Source: Terriglobia bacterium
GTDB lineage: Bacteria > Acidobacteriota > Terriglobia > 20CM-2-55-15
Assembly (NCBI GenBank): GCA_965218585.1
Contig: CBDCLE010000004.1
Span: 128,001 to 192,000, forward strand
Reading direction: 5' to 3'
DNA length: 64,000 nucleotides
Under the pieces are notes generated by a model, which saw nothing but the letters and a program-made list of their open reading frames with translations, was not told the DNA's origin and ran no database searches. Position numbers and translations under genes: made by a program. Every line of letters begins with the position of its first letter. The first letter of the stretch is position 1. Of this stretch, positions 12,182 to 23,479 are shown piece by piece.

Positions 12182-12910
12182 ATGTACGTGATTGCGTTTG
12201 CCAATCCAAAAGGCGGTTCGGGAAAAACCACCTCCGCCATGCTTCTGGCCGAGCAGATTTCCGTTGCCGGTGGACGTGTGGCTATTCTGGACCTTGACCC
12301 GAACGCCAATATACTGGCTTGGTCACAATTGCGCCAAAAAGAGGGCAGGGAGGTTCCCTTCTCTGTTCATGCTCGCCCACCGGCCGAAGAAATCATTGCT
12401 CTGATCGACGGGCTGACCGATGAAGCCGAGTACCTAGTCATAGATCTTGAAGGCTCGAAAGATCAGATCGTGACTTTCGCTCTATCCCGCACTGATCTTT
12501 GCATCATCCCGCTTGATGGTTCACCCATGGAGGCGCGTCAGGCAGCACAGGCTGTCAGGCTTGTGCAGACGACATCAAGTATGATCCGAAGCCCTATTGG
12601 ATACGCGCTTCTATTTACGCGTTCCAATGCCGCATTTCAGACTACGGACGAACGCGAGGTCCGACAGGAAATGGAGATGAATAGTATCTCCTTGCTGCCG
12701 GTTCGACTTGCCAAGCGGGCACCTTACACCAGGATATTCAGGGACAACCTTCTTCTGTCGGAGTTACCTGATCTTGCGAGGACAGAAATGAAAGGTAAGG
12801 CCGCATCCACAACTGCTAAAGCATTGAAACAAGTCACTAGCGCCATCGACAACGCCCGCGACTATGCTCAGGCCGTTATTGACAGCCTTACCGAAAAGAG
12901 GGTCGCATGA
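12182..12910 (+). CDS. parA: ParA-family plasmid partition ATPase (type Ib, no N-terminal HTH)
   Basis: Deviant Walker A NPKGGSGKTT at the very N-terminus; ILDLDPN; LVIDLEG. Confidence 0.92.
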   Translation: MYVIAFANPKGGSGKTTSAMLLAEQISVAGGRVAILDLDPNANILAWSQLRQKEGREVPFSVHARPPAEEIIALIDGLTDEAEYLVIDLEGSKDQIVTFALSRTDLCIIPLDGSPMEARQAAQAVRLVQTTSSMIRSPIGYALLFTRSNAAFQTTDEREVRQEMEMNSISLLPVRLAKRAPYTRIFRDNLLLSELPDLARTEMKGKAASTTAKALKQVTSAIDNARDYAQAVIDSLTEKRVA

Positions 12911-13215
12911 GTGGTAAATATGGATTTAACAGCGGCATAGAACTGCCGTCACAAAGTAGGACTGCGGAGCGCGATCCACTTGATCTTGCTGCCTTGAAAG
13001 AGGCCGTCAGGGCGGGCAATGAATTAGGTTTTGTGGACCGCGACCCACCCGCTAGACGAAAGCCAGGGCCGAAGCGCACAGAACCGCAAGACAAAGTTTC
13101 GATTCCAGGGCCGAAGCGTGTTATTGACCGGTATCGTGATTTCTGTATTGTGCAGGATGTCACTCTTTGGCGGGGCTTGGAGATTCTTCTGAGTGAGAAG
13201 GAGAGTAGAGGCTAA
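12907..13215 (+). CDS. Small type Ib partition centromere-binding protein (ParB/ParG-like, probable RHH)
   Basis: ATGA overlap with parA; 102 aa; C-terminal beta-alpha-alpha pattern (KVSIPGPKRVIDRYRDFC...TLWRGLEILL). Confidence 0.65.
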   Translation: MSGKYGFNSGIELPSQSRTAERDPLDLAALKEAVRAGNELGFVDRDPPARRKPGPKRTEPQDKVSIPGPKRVIDRYRDFCIVQDVTLWRGLEILLSEKESRG

Positions 13216-13974
13216 GCTGGAGTCACCTCACTCTCTCCCAGTTATCGCCAAGGGTTGGCTCTCAGGGGCAGTGTATTCATTGAGACCAGCCCATCCAGCG
13301 ACTTCCCATTCCCGATCCTGAGTGGGCAGTACTGACACACGAATTCGTCGAGTTTACCCCGGATGATCTCAAACCCGGCGTCATCTAAGTGTGTGCAGTA
13401 TGCGATCGCGACAGGAAATGCGGCTGCGGCCGGGGGAGGGAAGTCGCCGCGTTGCTCAGCTAGACCGACTAGAAGCTCACTTCGACGGTTGAAGAAGCAC
13501 TCTCTATGGCTTTTTCGATCACGCTGAGCCGCGTCCAAGCGTAAAGATGAGGTCTAATCGAGAACTCCGTTCTCTACGCGAGATCGTTAGCACCCTCGAA
13601 GTTGCAACATCTCCCGATCCAGCGCGGCGGCGGCACCGGCAGATCCCCGGAGCGAACATCGCCCATATCATATGAATGATAAGGTCCTTTGAACTAAGCC
13701 GCGGGCGCTCGGATGCTACATGTGTGATATCGTGCAGTTGATTCGAGGATGAAAGTGCTTGCCACTCACGGAAATGTTGCCGGACTGATGGGGCGCGCTT
13801 TGAAGGCAACTTCTCATTACAAAAGGGTTAAAATTGAAAACCCATAGGGGTTGGCCCGCATCCTCCTAAACCCGCCCGCGCCTCGCTTCAAAGCGTTCTA
13901 TCCGACATGCCCCGGATCATTTCTGTCACTGTCGGTCCCGGAGCATCTCCGTATCTGGACTCGCCTGTCAAGTA

Positions 13975-14253
13975 GACGCAGCTCTCCTGTGTTCGATCTC
14001 CGAAGATTTCATTCAGCATGACTGAGGAGACTGTTCGAGGTGAACGGCAGATCGACTGCATCCGTATCTCCGGCCTCTCAAGTGGAACGCTCGGGTTCCG
14101 GGCCATGATGGAATTCGCGCGCGGGGAGCCAACCGATAGAGCGGCCTCGAAAGGGCCAGGAGATGCGTCGACATTTCCCCGCGCCGGTCTGACCGGTACG
14201 CCATCAACTCAACACGTCATCGCAGGTCGCTGAACAGATTTTTCGACTCTGGG
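13975..14253 (-). ncRNA. Predicted seekRNA/bridge RNA region in the 3' non-coding end of the IS1111-type element
   Basis: Contains matches to both flanks and both element ends (see findings). Confidence 0.75.
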
Positions 14254-14631
14254 TCAGGCCGCCCGATACTGGCCCTGATAATCGCAGTCTCGTTTCCAGA
14301 CCGCCCATACTCTGCGGGCCAGCTTGTTGGCCAAGGCGACGGCCGCCTTGTTATGTCCTCGAAGTTCGTGAATTCGAACACCCCATTGCTGTAACTCCGA
14401 TGGAGCCTCTGCCTTGTGTGCCCTCCACAACACGGAACGGCCTCCGTGGATGAGCAGCGTTCTTAGATAGCGGTCACCCCGTTTACTGATCCGACCTAAC
14501 CGACGCTGATTGCCACTGGAACGCTCCCGGGGTGTGAGTCCCAGATAACTCGCAAACTGGCGCGATGATCGAAATCGTTGGATATCGCCGACAAAACCCA
14601 CCAGGGCTGTGGCGGTTAACAACCCGACTCC

Positions 14632-16234
14632 CCCTCTGTGCCAACACGGGTGAGACACCTGCCTGATCCATAATTAGTGAGCAGGGCGGGAAGGAAGATA
14701 ACCTGTGTTGGTGACGAAATCCGAACACGAGCAGGAAGAATCGCGCGGAACGGAAGGAGCCCGTAGGGCGACTGGAGTTGCGCGCGAAGCGGCCGCACCG
14801 GATGGGGATGGACCGGATCCGGAGGTTGTGGATAAGGCGACGCGGCGGCGGTTCACCGCGGCGTATAAGCGGCGGATCGTGCGGGAAGCCGACAAGTGCA
14901 CGAAGCCGGGCGAGGTGGGAGCGTTGCTGCGGCGGGAGGGCGTGTATTCGTCGAGCCTGAGTGCCTGGCGGCGGCAGCACGATGCTGGCGAGCTCAACGG
15001 AACGGGCGTGAAACGGGGGCGCAAGGCGCAGCCGAAGGATCCCCGAGATAAGCGCATTGCCCAACTGGAACTGGAGAGGCGGCGGCTGGCAAGGAAGCTG
15101 GAGCAAGCCGAGACGGTGATCGAAATCCAAAAAAAAGTCTCCACGCTACTGGGGATCCCCCTGAAGAACCCCGACGAGGAGGAGAACGGCTGATGGAAGT
15201 GGCGGAAAAGTTCGCTCCGCAGTTGGGGACGGCGCCGGCATGTCGGGCCTTCGGTGTTCCCCGTGCGTCGCTCTATCGCCGTCGGCAACAGGAGGACGCT
15301 CCCCGGGCTCCACGGCGCCGGCCACCGTCCCATCGCGCCTTGACCGAGGTCGAGCGCCTGGAGGTCCTCGATGTGTTGCATAGCGAACGCTTCCTGGACC
15401 AGGCGCCGGCGCAGGTCGCTGCGGCACTGCTGGACGAGGACCGCTACCTGTGTTCGGTGCGCACGATGTACCGAATCCTGGATGCGAATCAGGAAGTGCG
15501 CGAACGGCGGAACCAGCGGCGGCATCCCGTCTACGAGAAGCCGGAACTGTTGGCGACAGGGCCGAATCGGGTGTGGAGCTGGGACATCACGAAGCTGAAA
15601 GGACCCCGAAAGTGGACCTACTACTACCTGTACGTGATCCTGGACATCTTCAGCCGCCAGGTGGTGGGATGGATGGTGGCCGATTGCGAATCCTCGAGTC
15701 TGGCGAAAAAGCTGATTCGTGAAAGCAGTGACAAGCATGGGATCGAACCGGATCAACTCACTCTGCACGCGGATCGCGGATCGTCGATGAAATCCAAGGC
15801 GGTGGCTTTATTGCTCGCCGACCTGGGGGTGACCAAGACCCACTCCCGGCCGCATGTTTTCGATGACAACCCGTTTTCCGAGGCCCAGTTCAAAACGCTG
15901 AAGTACCGGCCGGGTTTCCCCGAACGTTTCGGCTGTATCCAGGATGCCAAGGCGTTCTGCCGCAACTTCTTCGGCTGGTACAACAACGTTCACTATCATT
16001 CGGGCCTGAACTGGCTGACGCCGGCGACGGTCCATTACGGCCGCGCCGACCATGTCGTCCAACGACGGCAGCATGCCCTGGATCGCGGACGTCGCGAGCA
16101 TCCCGAACGTTTCGTCAACGCACCACGAACAATCGCCGGACCGCCCGAGGAGGTCTGGATCAACCCTCCTGCAAAGGTGCAGGTGGGAGCTTAAACTCTC
16201 AACGCAGGTGTCTCACACTTGTTGACATTTACCG
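14632..16234 (+). mobile_element. IS3-family element nested in the IS110 recombinase gene; orfA 14705-15193, orfB 15193-16194
   Basis: 3-bp TSD TCC, and removing the element restores IPG|VGLL; IR core CAACA..GTGAGACACCTGC; A8G frameshift motif at ~15129; WSWDITKL, LHADRGSSM, DDNPFSEAQFKT. Confidence 0.93.
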
Positions 16235-17282
16235 TCCAGGAATCGAGCGGAGACGCTCCACCACCGGTGTTTGCTCGGCCAGAGCTTTCAGCTCACCGTC
16301 CACGGTGCGCAAGTGAGACTCCAGTTCGCCAATTTCGCCGCAGACCTGGTCCAACATCTCCCGAACCACACTGGGGATCTCGACCTCGGCATCCTCGATC
16401 AGTTCCATCACTCCCGGTACCAGATGTCGTGCGCCTACAGGAATCACAAAACCAAACTCACGTAACAGTCCCCGCACCATGTTGATCCGGGTGACTCGTG
16501 TCCGCATCCATGTCGAGCGGATTCGATGTAGCGCTGTCAGTTGCTGTTGGGCCAATGTCTTGATCGGGACCGGACGGATATCGCTGTTGCGGTAGGCCTC
16601 AAATAATCCCTTCACATCCGCACGGTCCGTCTTGTCGCGTGGCACGTACGGCCTCACCTACTGCGGCGAGATCAGAACGACCTCGTGCCCCAGCTCCCGT
16701 ATCTGCCGTCCCCAGTGATGTGCCGAACCGCAGGCTTCCATCACCACTGTCGCCGGTTCCCGATTCACGAAAAACCGAAGAAACTTCACACGACTTAAAC
16801 GATAGGTTTCCTCGACATGTCCAGGTCGATCCGATACCCCAATCTCGAAAACATTCTTTGCCAGATCCACTGCAATCGTCTTATCCTGCACTTGGACTCC
16901 TCCTTACACACTGTGTTTAGACCGCAACATTGCGAGTCTCTTTATGACTTTGGCACTTTTGATGCCGACTAAGTCAAAGGGGGAGTCCATCCCATCAATA
17001 GAAACATGGCGTTTATCGTTCATATTGGGCCGGGACGCACCCATTGCCGGGAAAGCTCATAATGCCGGTTCGCTCCCTGACGTTGAGCAATAAGAGAGCT
17101 TCATGGTAACTGTCCAAGCCGCGTGATGTCATTGATTTCCCCAAATCCTCAACACCCGGTGGGGGCATGGATAGCTATCAGTTGGACCGTCAGGTGAATG
17201 ACCGGACTCGGACGGTCTGTGTTCGAACGCATCGCCTGACGCTACAGATTGGGAAAAGGTCAATTTTATCTCCGTTCCGTCC

Positions 17283-18152
17283 ATGCAACAAAGATTCAGA
17301 AGGAGGGCCCTGAATGCGTTCACGGGCGTCACTCCTGCCCAGCTGTCGCTGGAAATGCGGCAGATTCGTGAGCGCATCTCTAGCAAAGGGAAGTGGGATC
17401 TTTCAGATTACCTTCAGTCGCCAGCGCTCTACGTGGCGCTGCGGGCGTGGGTCCGCTCTGAAAGTCAGAACGTCCGTGACCGCGTTCAGGACTGGTGCGC
17501 AAATCCACAAAACTACCGTGGCCAAAGAAAACTCCTGTATTGCGAGTTGGTTGAGAAGCTGCGGGCAGCCTTCCGAGATCCGCGCCGCGAATGGCAGTTT
17601 TATGCAGACGACGTGTTTGCGTTTCACACCAGCGGACACCGCCAGGCGTGGGACGCTCTAACTGACTTTCACGTGTTGGCACGGGCAGCCGGTCTCCGGG
17701 GGTTCGTGCTGCTTTTCGACGAGTTTGAGGACGTAATCCAGAACCTCAATCGCCGAAATATGCAGGAGGCAGCGTTCCTGAATCTGTTTCGGTTCTTCGA
17801 CGGCGACCGCTTTCCAGGCATGAGCTATTTTGCCGTGACTCCAGACTTCGTCGAGAAGTGCAAGACCGAGTTGACTAAGCGTGGAGTATACGATTTCGAC
17901 TATCGGCGGTTCGATCATCTGCCCTTCTTCGAAATGGAACCGATCGAGTTCGCGGAGTTCGCGGACTTGGCAACTCGCATTCTTAGTGTTTATGGGGTTG
18001 CGTACGATTGCGATGCAGGTCGCTTGTTTCTGGCCGGCGAAATGGATCGGGTCGTAGAGGAACTGTGGACCGTGCGTTCACCGGACAGGGTGCGACGGGC
18101 TATTCAAGGCATCGTCAAGGAACTCGACGATCGTCTGGAACAGGGGATCTGA
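17283..18152 (+). pseudogene. DUF2791/BrxD-like P-loop ATPase (Shango SngB/BREX-like), N-terminus with Walker A missing
   Basis: GLRGFVLLFDEFE Walker B, YFAVTP; no GxxGxGK in the ORF; coupled to the downstream Lhr-like helicase. Confidence 0.7.
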
Positions 18153-20144
18153 TGGCGACGGCGCTCACGGTCGAGCTAGGACGTGCCTTCTACGGCAGGT
18201 TCTCAGTGCTTCGGCCAGCACAGCGGGAGTCAATCGAGCCGGTGATCGCGGGCCGAGACGTGCTGGTGCTTTCCGGAACGGGCAGCGGAAAAACGGAAGC
18301 GGTGCTTGCCCCGCTCGTCCAGCGCTGCCTGCCAGCCATGCGCCGAGATCCCGGCTGTTCGATCATCTATGTCACACCGACGCGCGCCTTGGCGAACGAC
18401 CTCCTGCGCCGTATCGAAGTACCAATGCAGTCGCTGGGGCTGCGCGTTGGAGTTCGGCATGGCGAGCGGAATGACCTTAGCCGCACAGAGAAACCTCATC
18501 TACAACACGCAACGCGGTTTTCAACTCGGTGTCCTGCTGCAGCGCCTTAAGGCCTTCACGGGGACCGCGTGCCAAGTCGTTGGCTTGTCAGCCACTATCG
18601 CTGCGCCAACGCACATCTGGCAGTTTTTCCGCCCAGGGCGACATGTTGTCACTGTGCGCGACGAGCAGACCAAACCGTTAGACGCCGTCATCCGTGAGGT
18701 CCCGTCTGACCAGGCACTGGTCGATCTGATCGACGGCCTTTCGAGCGGTGCCCGTGTGAAGATCCTACTGTTCGCCAACGCTCGCCGTGAGTGCGATCGA
18801 CTTGGTGCAGTTCTGCAGAGGAGCGCGAGGTTCGGCGCCAGTGTTTACGTCCACCACTCATCCTTGGATCGCCAAGTGCGACTCGACGCCGAACGGAGCT
18901 TCCAACTGGCCCCGAAGGCGATTTGCGTTGCAACGAGCACCCTCGAGCTGGGTATTGACATTGGAGATATCGATCTTGTCGCCCTCTACGGCCATCCAGG
19001 TGGGTGGGAGTCCTTCCTCCAGCGAGTGGGCAGAGGCAACCGACGTTCGGCCAAGACCAATGTGGCATGCCTTGTGTCACCTGATCATGGTTCTCGATTT
19101 CAGAGCATTCTTGCTTTTGAAGCACTTCTTTCGCAGATCCGATCGGGCCGCCTGGAACGTGAGCGACCCCTCGACATTTACGGGGCTGCGGCGCAACAGA
19201 TCCTCTCACTAATTCTGGCGAGTAACGGAGCGTATTTGCGGACTTCGGATCTCGCCGAGCAATTCGTGGGCTGGCCTCACATGGACGTTGGCGTGGTTGA
19301 GAGCATCCTTGGGGAACTTGCCGAATCAGGGCATCTCATCCGCCATGGCTTCCAGAATCGATTTGGTGCAGGTGAAGAGCTACACCGTCTTCGCGATCGT
19401 CGCTTGATCTGGGGGAACTTTCCTCTAAGAAGCTGTGATGTGCGATTGATGGCAAGCGGTCGCCAAGTCGGCAACGTGCCTGTGATAAACCTCATGCGGT
19501 TATCTGTTGGTGGTGTTGTTCGATTTGCAGGCCGGCACTGGCGTGTCCGCCGCATTCGTCCGGAGCACATCGACATTGAACCCTGTCGAAGCACGAAGGG
19601 AGTGGAGATCAGCTACGGGGGCACGGAAGTACGGATGGATCCGACGATCGTGGAGGAAATGCTGCGGTTGATCGATGCGGGGATCGAATCCTCTGCGATG
19701 ACTGAAGAAGCTAGTCTGGAGTTCCTCGCGTCCGCCGAGCGCATGCGTCGCTACATTGGTTGGGACCGCTTACCGGTGGCGAACGATCGGCAAGGACACT
19801 ATCACTACTTCACCTTCGGTGGCCGCCTGTTCAACGGCGTAATCGCCAAGTGGGCGGGTCTCGATACCTTCGACGCAGGCGAAATTGTGCTACGCACCAA
19901 CCAGCCGCTTGATCTCTCGGCCCTTTCCGGGAAACTGCGAGCCCTGGAGGACGCTGCTGCTCTGTCCCTCCAAGTGCCGGGCGACTTGACCGCTTTCCAG
20001 AGCCTACTTCCGCACAAGATGCTCCTGCGCGAACTGGGTGACGTTTGGCTGAAGACCGCGGTCCATGAGCGGTCGCTGGACCGGCTGAGGAATTCCCAAC
20101 TCATGCCTGCTCCGCTGGAGGCTCTGGCACCGCTGTGTGTTTAA
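18152..20144 (+). pseudogene. Lhr-like DEAD/DEAH helicase (SngC/BrxHI-like) with an internal deletion and frameshift at ~18500
   Basis: SGTGSGKTEA and YVTPTRALAND in one frame; GLSATI, HHSSL, ATSTLELGIDIG, QRVGRGNR in another; motif Ib and DExH Walker B absent at the junction. Confidence 0.85.
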
Positions 20145-20399
20145 CTAATCCGCTTGGCGACAGTACCTGAAACATCGTTCTCTTAGGAAGTGAAATTGAG
20201 CGACAAGATCGAACAAACACGACGATGTGAATGTCGAAACAATCGTTGTGAGCATCCGCGCATCAATGTTGAGTCGGGGCCTCGAGAAGTGTTGTCTAGA
20301 GAGCTTTCACGATGTACGACCATACTGACCGAAACCGAGGACACACTCTGTTCACTTTGCTCCGAACAGGCGTCAAATCCTGGTTGAGGAAGGGAAGAC

Positions 20400-20594
20400 A
20401 TGCAGCGTGAACGAGACGGGATGGTTCCCAGCGGGAAAGCCTTGGCCGATCTGGACGGGCCGGTGAAGGCGATCAGCGAAGGCGCGCACCAAGCGGTCCA
20501 CCACTTCACCCGCGCCGATCAGGTGCACCAGCTTGTCTCGGCCAGTGAAGTGGGCCCTGACATGGGTTTCATGGCGCGATTGATGGCGCTGTGT
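20400..20594 (+). pseudogene. repA: RepA N-terminal fragment
   Basis: HHFTRADQVHQLVSASE..PDMGFMARLMALC resembles the N-terminus of the RepA_C-type initiator family; similarity stops abruptly after LC. Confidence 0.65.
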
Positions 20595-20774
20595 GTGCGG
20601 CCCGTCCGAATTAACTTCAGGTTACAGATGCCAGCTATGTGCCGACCTTGGCAAGGATTAATTTATGTCACGTTCGCGATGACGTGTTGTCCCGGGGGAT
20701 CATCGGCCAGCGAGTCACCAATTCGCTGAAGACCGATATTGCCCTCTATTATTAGAATCAGCCGTCGGCCTCAT

Positions 20775-20823
20775 TGAGACCAGACTTAACTAAAACCGTC
20801 TCTGGAGGACCCGGGGTGGTTTA
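20775..20823 (+). repeat. Degenerate right end of an IS629-like IS3 element
   Basis: GACTTAACTAAAACCGTCTCTGGAGGACCCGGGGTGGTTTA aligns with the IS3 end at 8818-8858. Confidence 0.7.
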
Positions 20824-20845
20824 CCTATGTCTGCGGGGAGTTGCT

Positions 20846-22813
20846 GTGAAGCTCAAAAGCGTTCAAGTCACCAAATACAAATGTGTTGAAGATTCTACTC
20901 CTTGGAAGGTTGATCAGGTTACCACGCTTGTCGGAAAGAATGAGGCCGGAAAATCCACAATACTTGAAGCGCTATATAAACTCAACCCAGTAGATGCCGA
21001 CGCAGCGGATTTTCAGACGACAGACTATCCGCGCAGGTATGCATTGACCGATGAAGGCAAAGAAGATTCAAGAGTCGCAAACGTACTAACTACGGACTGG
21101 TCTCTGGATGAATCTGACTTAGAGCTTTTGCGCGGAGAATTGCCGGAACTTGAAGTAAAAGATGATGCGATTGTCACTATTCGCAAGGGCTACAGCAACG
21201 CACAATGCTGGGCGGTACCGGCTGACGAGGCTGCAACTGTCAAAAACCTCATTGACTCTGCTCGCTTTAATGCCGCCGAGCGAGCATCTGTCACAGGAAA
21301 TCCGTTAACGATTCAAGCCTTACATGAGGTGCTAGCTGGGATCGAGGGGCCGACCAAGAAGCACCGTGAACTACAGCAAAGACTTAGTGAGAAGTATCCA
21401 AAGAAATCAATTTCCTCGGCGACTGAAATGGTATTGCTGCCCAATCTTCCAAAGTTCGTTTACTTCAAAGAATACGAGCGGTTGCCGGGCAAGGTCTCCA
21501 TCAATCAGCTAGTTCACCTGGAGCAAAATAACCAACTCACCTTTGAATTGAAAATATTTCAGGCCCTTCTCGCTTTGGTCAATAGCAGTGCACGGGGAAT
21601 TACGAAAACGGGGCGCTCAGAAGACCTCATCATGAATCTTGAGGCCATTGGGAATCGTTTGACAGACGAGATTTTCGAATATTGGAGCCAGAACAGGCAC
21701 CTCAAGGTCGATTTCCGGTGTGACATGGGAGCACCCAATGACCCGGCGCCGTTCAATGCTGGTTACGTATTTAGCACCCGAATCAGAAATGAACGTCACC
21801 GCGCGTCGGTCAACTTCGATGAGCGAAGCACCGGCTTTATATGGTTTTTCTCATTCCTAATCTGGTTCTCCCAGATGAAAGCTAACTATGCCTACAAGTT
21901 GATTGTGTTGCTCGATGAGCCCGGTCTGACGCTTCACGGGAAGGCACAACAAGATCTACTCAGATATATTCGGGAAAAACTCCAACCTGACTACCAAGTC
22001 ATCTATACGACGCATTCCCCATTCATGCTCGACATCAAGAATGTTTTTTCCATGCGTACTGTAGAGGATGTGGTGAATCGAAAGATTGACGGTGTCGGCC
22101 GCGAAGAAGAGATCTTGGGCACAAAAGTTGGCGCCAGAATACTCAGCAGAGACCGCGACACGATCCTGCCGCTACAGGGGTTACTTGGATATGACATCAC
22201 GCAGACTCTCTTCGTCGGTCCGTATGTGTTCGTTGTCGAGGGATCTTCCGAGTGGGCTTATATCAATTGGTTCACTCGCAAACTGGTTGCAGATGGACGC
22301 ACAGGGCTGGACATACGTTGGGCGATTGCCCCTGCCGAGGGTGCGCCCAAAGTGACGAGTTTCATTACCTTGTTTAAAGGTCGGGGCCTGAAGATCGCTG
22401 CGCTGCTCGACTATCACAACGGCCAAAAGAAAGCGGTCGAAAAGTTAGAAACGTCAAAACTCCTAGAAGATGGCCATCTTCTCAAAACGACCGACTTCGT
22501 AGGTCAGGATGAGGCGGATGTTGAGGATCTGATTGGCTGGGACCTATATGTGGCCCTGGTGAATGGCGCGCTTTCAATCCCCGAGGCCAACAAACTGCCA
22601 GCCGCCAGACCAGACGATTGTGAAATGAGAATCGTCAAAGAGGTCGAGAAACGGGCCAAATTGCTCCCGCCTGGAGTGCCGCACTTCGATCACTTTGCGC
22701 CTGCACAATATCTCAACCAGCTGAGCTCTGACAAAATTGCCGCGTTACCAGGACTAAGCGCAGCACTGGATTGTTTTGAGGCTCTTTTCGGTAGGCTGAA
22801 CAGGCTCATTTAG
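20846..22813 (+). CDS. OLD-family-like ATP-dependent nuclease (ABC ATPase + TOPRIM)
   Basis: GKNEAGKST Walker A, ERSTG signature, LLDEP Walker B, YTTHSPFM, TOPRIM VVEG..E and downstream LLD; lower GC than the host genes. Confidence 0.82.
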   Translation: MKLKSVQVTKYKCVEDSTPWKVDQVTTLVGKNEAGKSTILEALYKLNPVDADAADFQTTDYPRRYALTDEGKEDSRVANVLTTDWSLDESDLELLRGELPELEVKDDAIVTIRKGYSNAQCWAVPADEAATVKNLIDSARFNAAERASVTGNPLTIQALHEVLAGIEGPTKKHRELQQRLSEKYPKKSISSATEMVLLPNLPKFVYFKEYERLPGKVSINQLVHLEQNNQLTFELKIFQALLALVNSSARGITKTGRSEDLIMNLEAIGNRLTDEIFEYWSQNRHLKVDFRCDMGAPNDPAPFNAGYVFSTRIRNERHRASVNFDERSTGFIWFFSFLIWFSQMKANYAYKLIVLLDEPGLTLHGKAQQDLLRYIREKLQPDYQVIYTTHSPFMLDIKNVFSMRTVEDVVNRKIDGVGREEEILGTKVGARILSRDRDTILPLQGLLGYDITQTLFVGPYVFVVEGSSEWAYINWFTRKLVADGRTGLDIRWAIAPAEGAPKVTSFITLFKGRGLKIAALLDYHNGQKKAVEKLETSKLLEDGHLLKTTDFVGQDEADVEDLIGWDLYVALVNGALSIPEANKLPAARPDDCEMRIVKEVEKRAKLLPPGVPHFDHFAPAQYLNQLSSDKIAALPGLSAALDCFEALFGRLNRLI

Positions 22814-23052
22814 GGGTCATCTCACATCTCGCCAAGCCCTTTCATCGCCTGGCGCTTCCATATGCTCACCTGGTTCGGATGAACCTGGTGCTTCGAGGCA
22901 ATCTCCTGCAGCGTCCGTTCGCCCCGAAGCGCTTCCAGCGCGACCTTCGCTTTCAACTCCCCAGAAAACCTGTGTCTCTTCGTCATCGCGTATCCCTCCT
23001 CAGTCGGTGGAATACACCTTAAACAACTGCCCGATTTTCCGGGGCCACCTCA
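22810..23052 (-). mobile_element. IS3-family left end and truncated orfA
   Basis: End TGAGGTGGCCCCGG; MTKRHRFSGELKAKVALEALRGERTLQEIASKHQVHPNQVSIWKRQ. Confidence 0.8.
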
Positions 23053-23247
23053 AAGAACCTGGGCGATCCATGCCTGCAGGTCGAATTGCGTCATAGAGTT
23101 GTGCCAACTTACGAAGCAAATCGAGAGTGATATTTCAACCCGTTGGAATCGATGCGGCCCTGGACAAACCCACGAGCCCACAAGAACAGCATAAACTCCA
23201 GGATTGGCCTGAATCGAGAATGCTAGCGAGTGGACCGGATCAATCAC
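23053..23247 (-). pseudogene. SIR2-like (NADase) defence protein, N-terminal fragment
   Basis: MIDPVHSLAFSIQANPGVYAVLVGS then frameshift to GLSRAASIPTG*NITLDLLRKLA (SIR2 GxGxS..xIPT motif); cut by the IS3 end. Confidence 0.7.
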
Positions 23248-23299
23248 GGCGTTTATCCTTATTGTTTACCAACGATTCTCTCGAAATGAGAATCGGCTG

Positions 23300-23479
23300 A
23301 TTTCGATAACGTAAAAAGGACCCACCAAACGGGGTTCTGATCGAGGAAACGGGACCCACTCCTGATGGCCTCCCTCGGCGAGTGCCTGGATGAACCGGCA
23401 CGGCGGAGGGAGGATAAGGAGTTGTTAGGGATGGATCAGTACGAATGGGTCAGGACCGCACATCGAGTTTACAAGAAAC
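23300..23479 (+). mobile_element. IS21-family left end with IstA N-terminal stub
   Basis: Repeated GGACCCAC boxes; MDQYEWVRTAHRVYKK resembles IstA N-termini; interrupted by IS110. Confidence 0.6.

Larger units (their letters stand above)
13951..16995 (-). mobile_element. IS110-family (IS1111 group) element, inactivated by an in-frame TAG and a nested IS3
   Basis: Recombinase pieces 16891-16235 (IAVDLAKNVF, VMEACGSAHHW, DKTDRAD) and 14631-14254 (GVGLLTA, YLGLTPRERSSG, ALANKLAR); TAG at 16658-16660; sub-terminal IRs ATGGACTCCCC / GGCGAGTCCAG. Confidence 0.9.

Noticed and set aside
13242-13809. Short ORFs downstream of the par cassette
   Set aside because: No family motif or RBS; probably decayed sequence that cannot be assigned.
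9496-16660. Two in-frame TAG codons (mobC-like gene and IS110) as stop-codon recoding
   Set aside because: TAG ends intact genes in this window (gyrB, mqnC, permease), and both cases lie in decaying mobile DNA.
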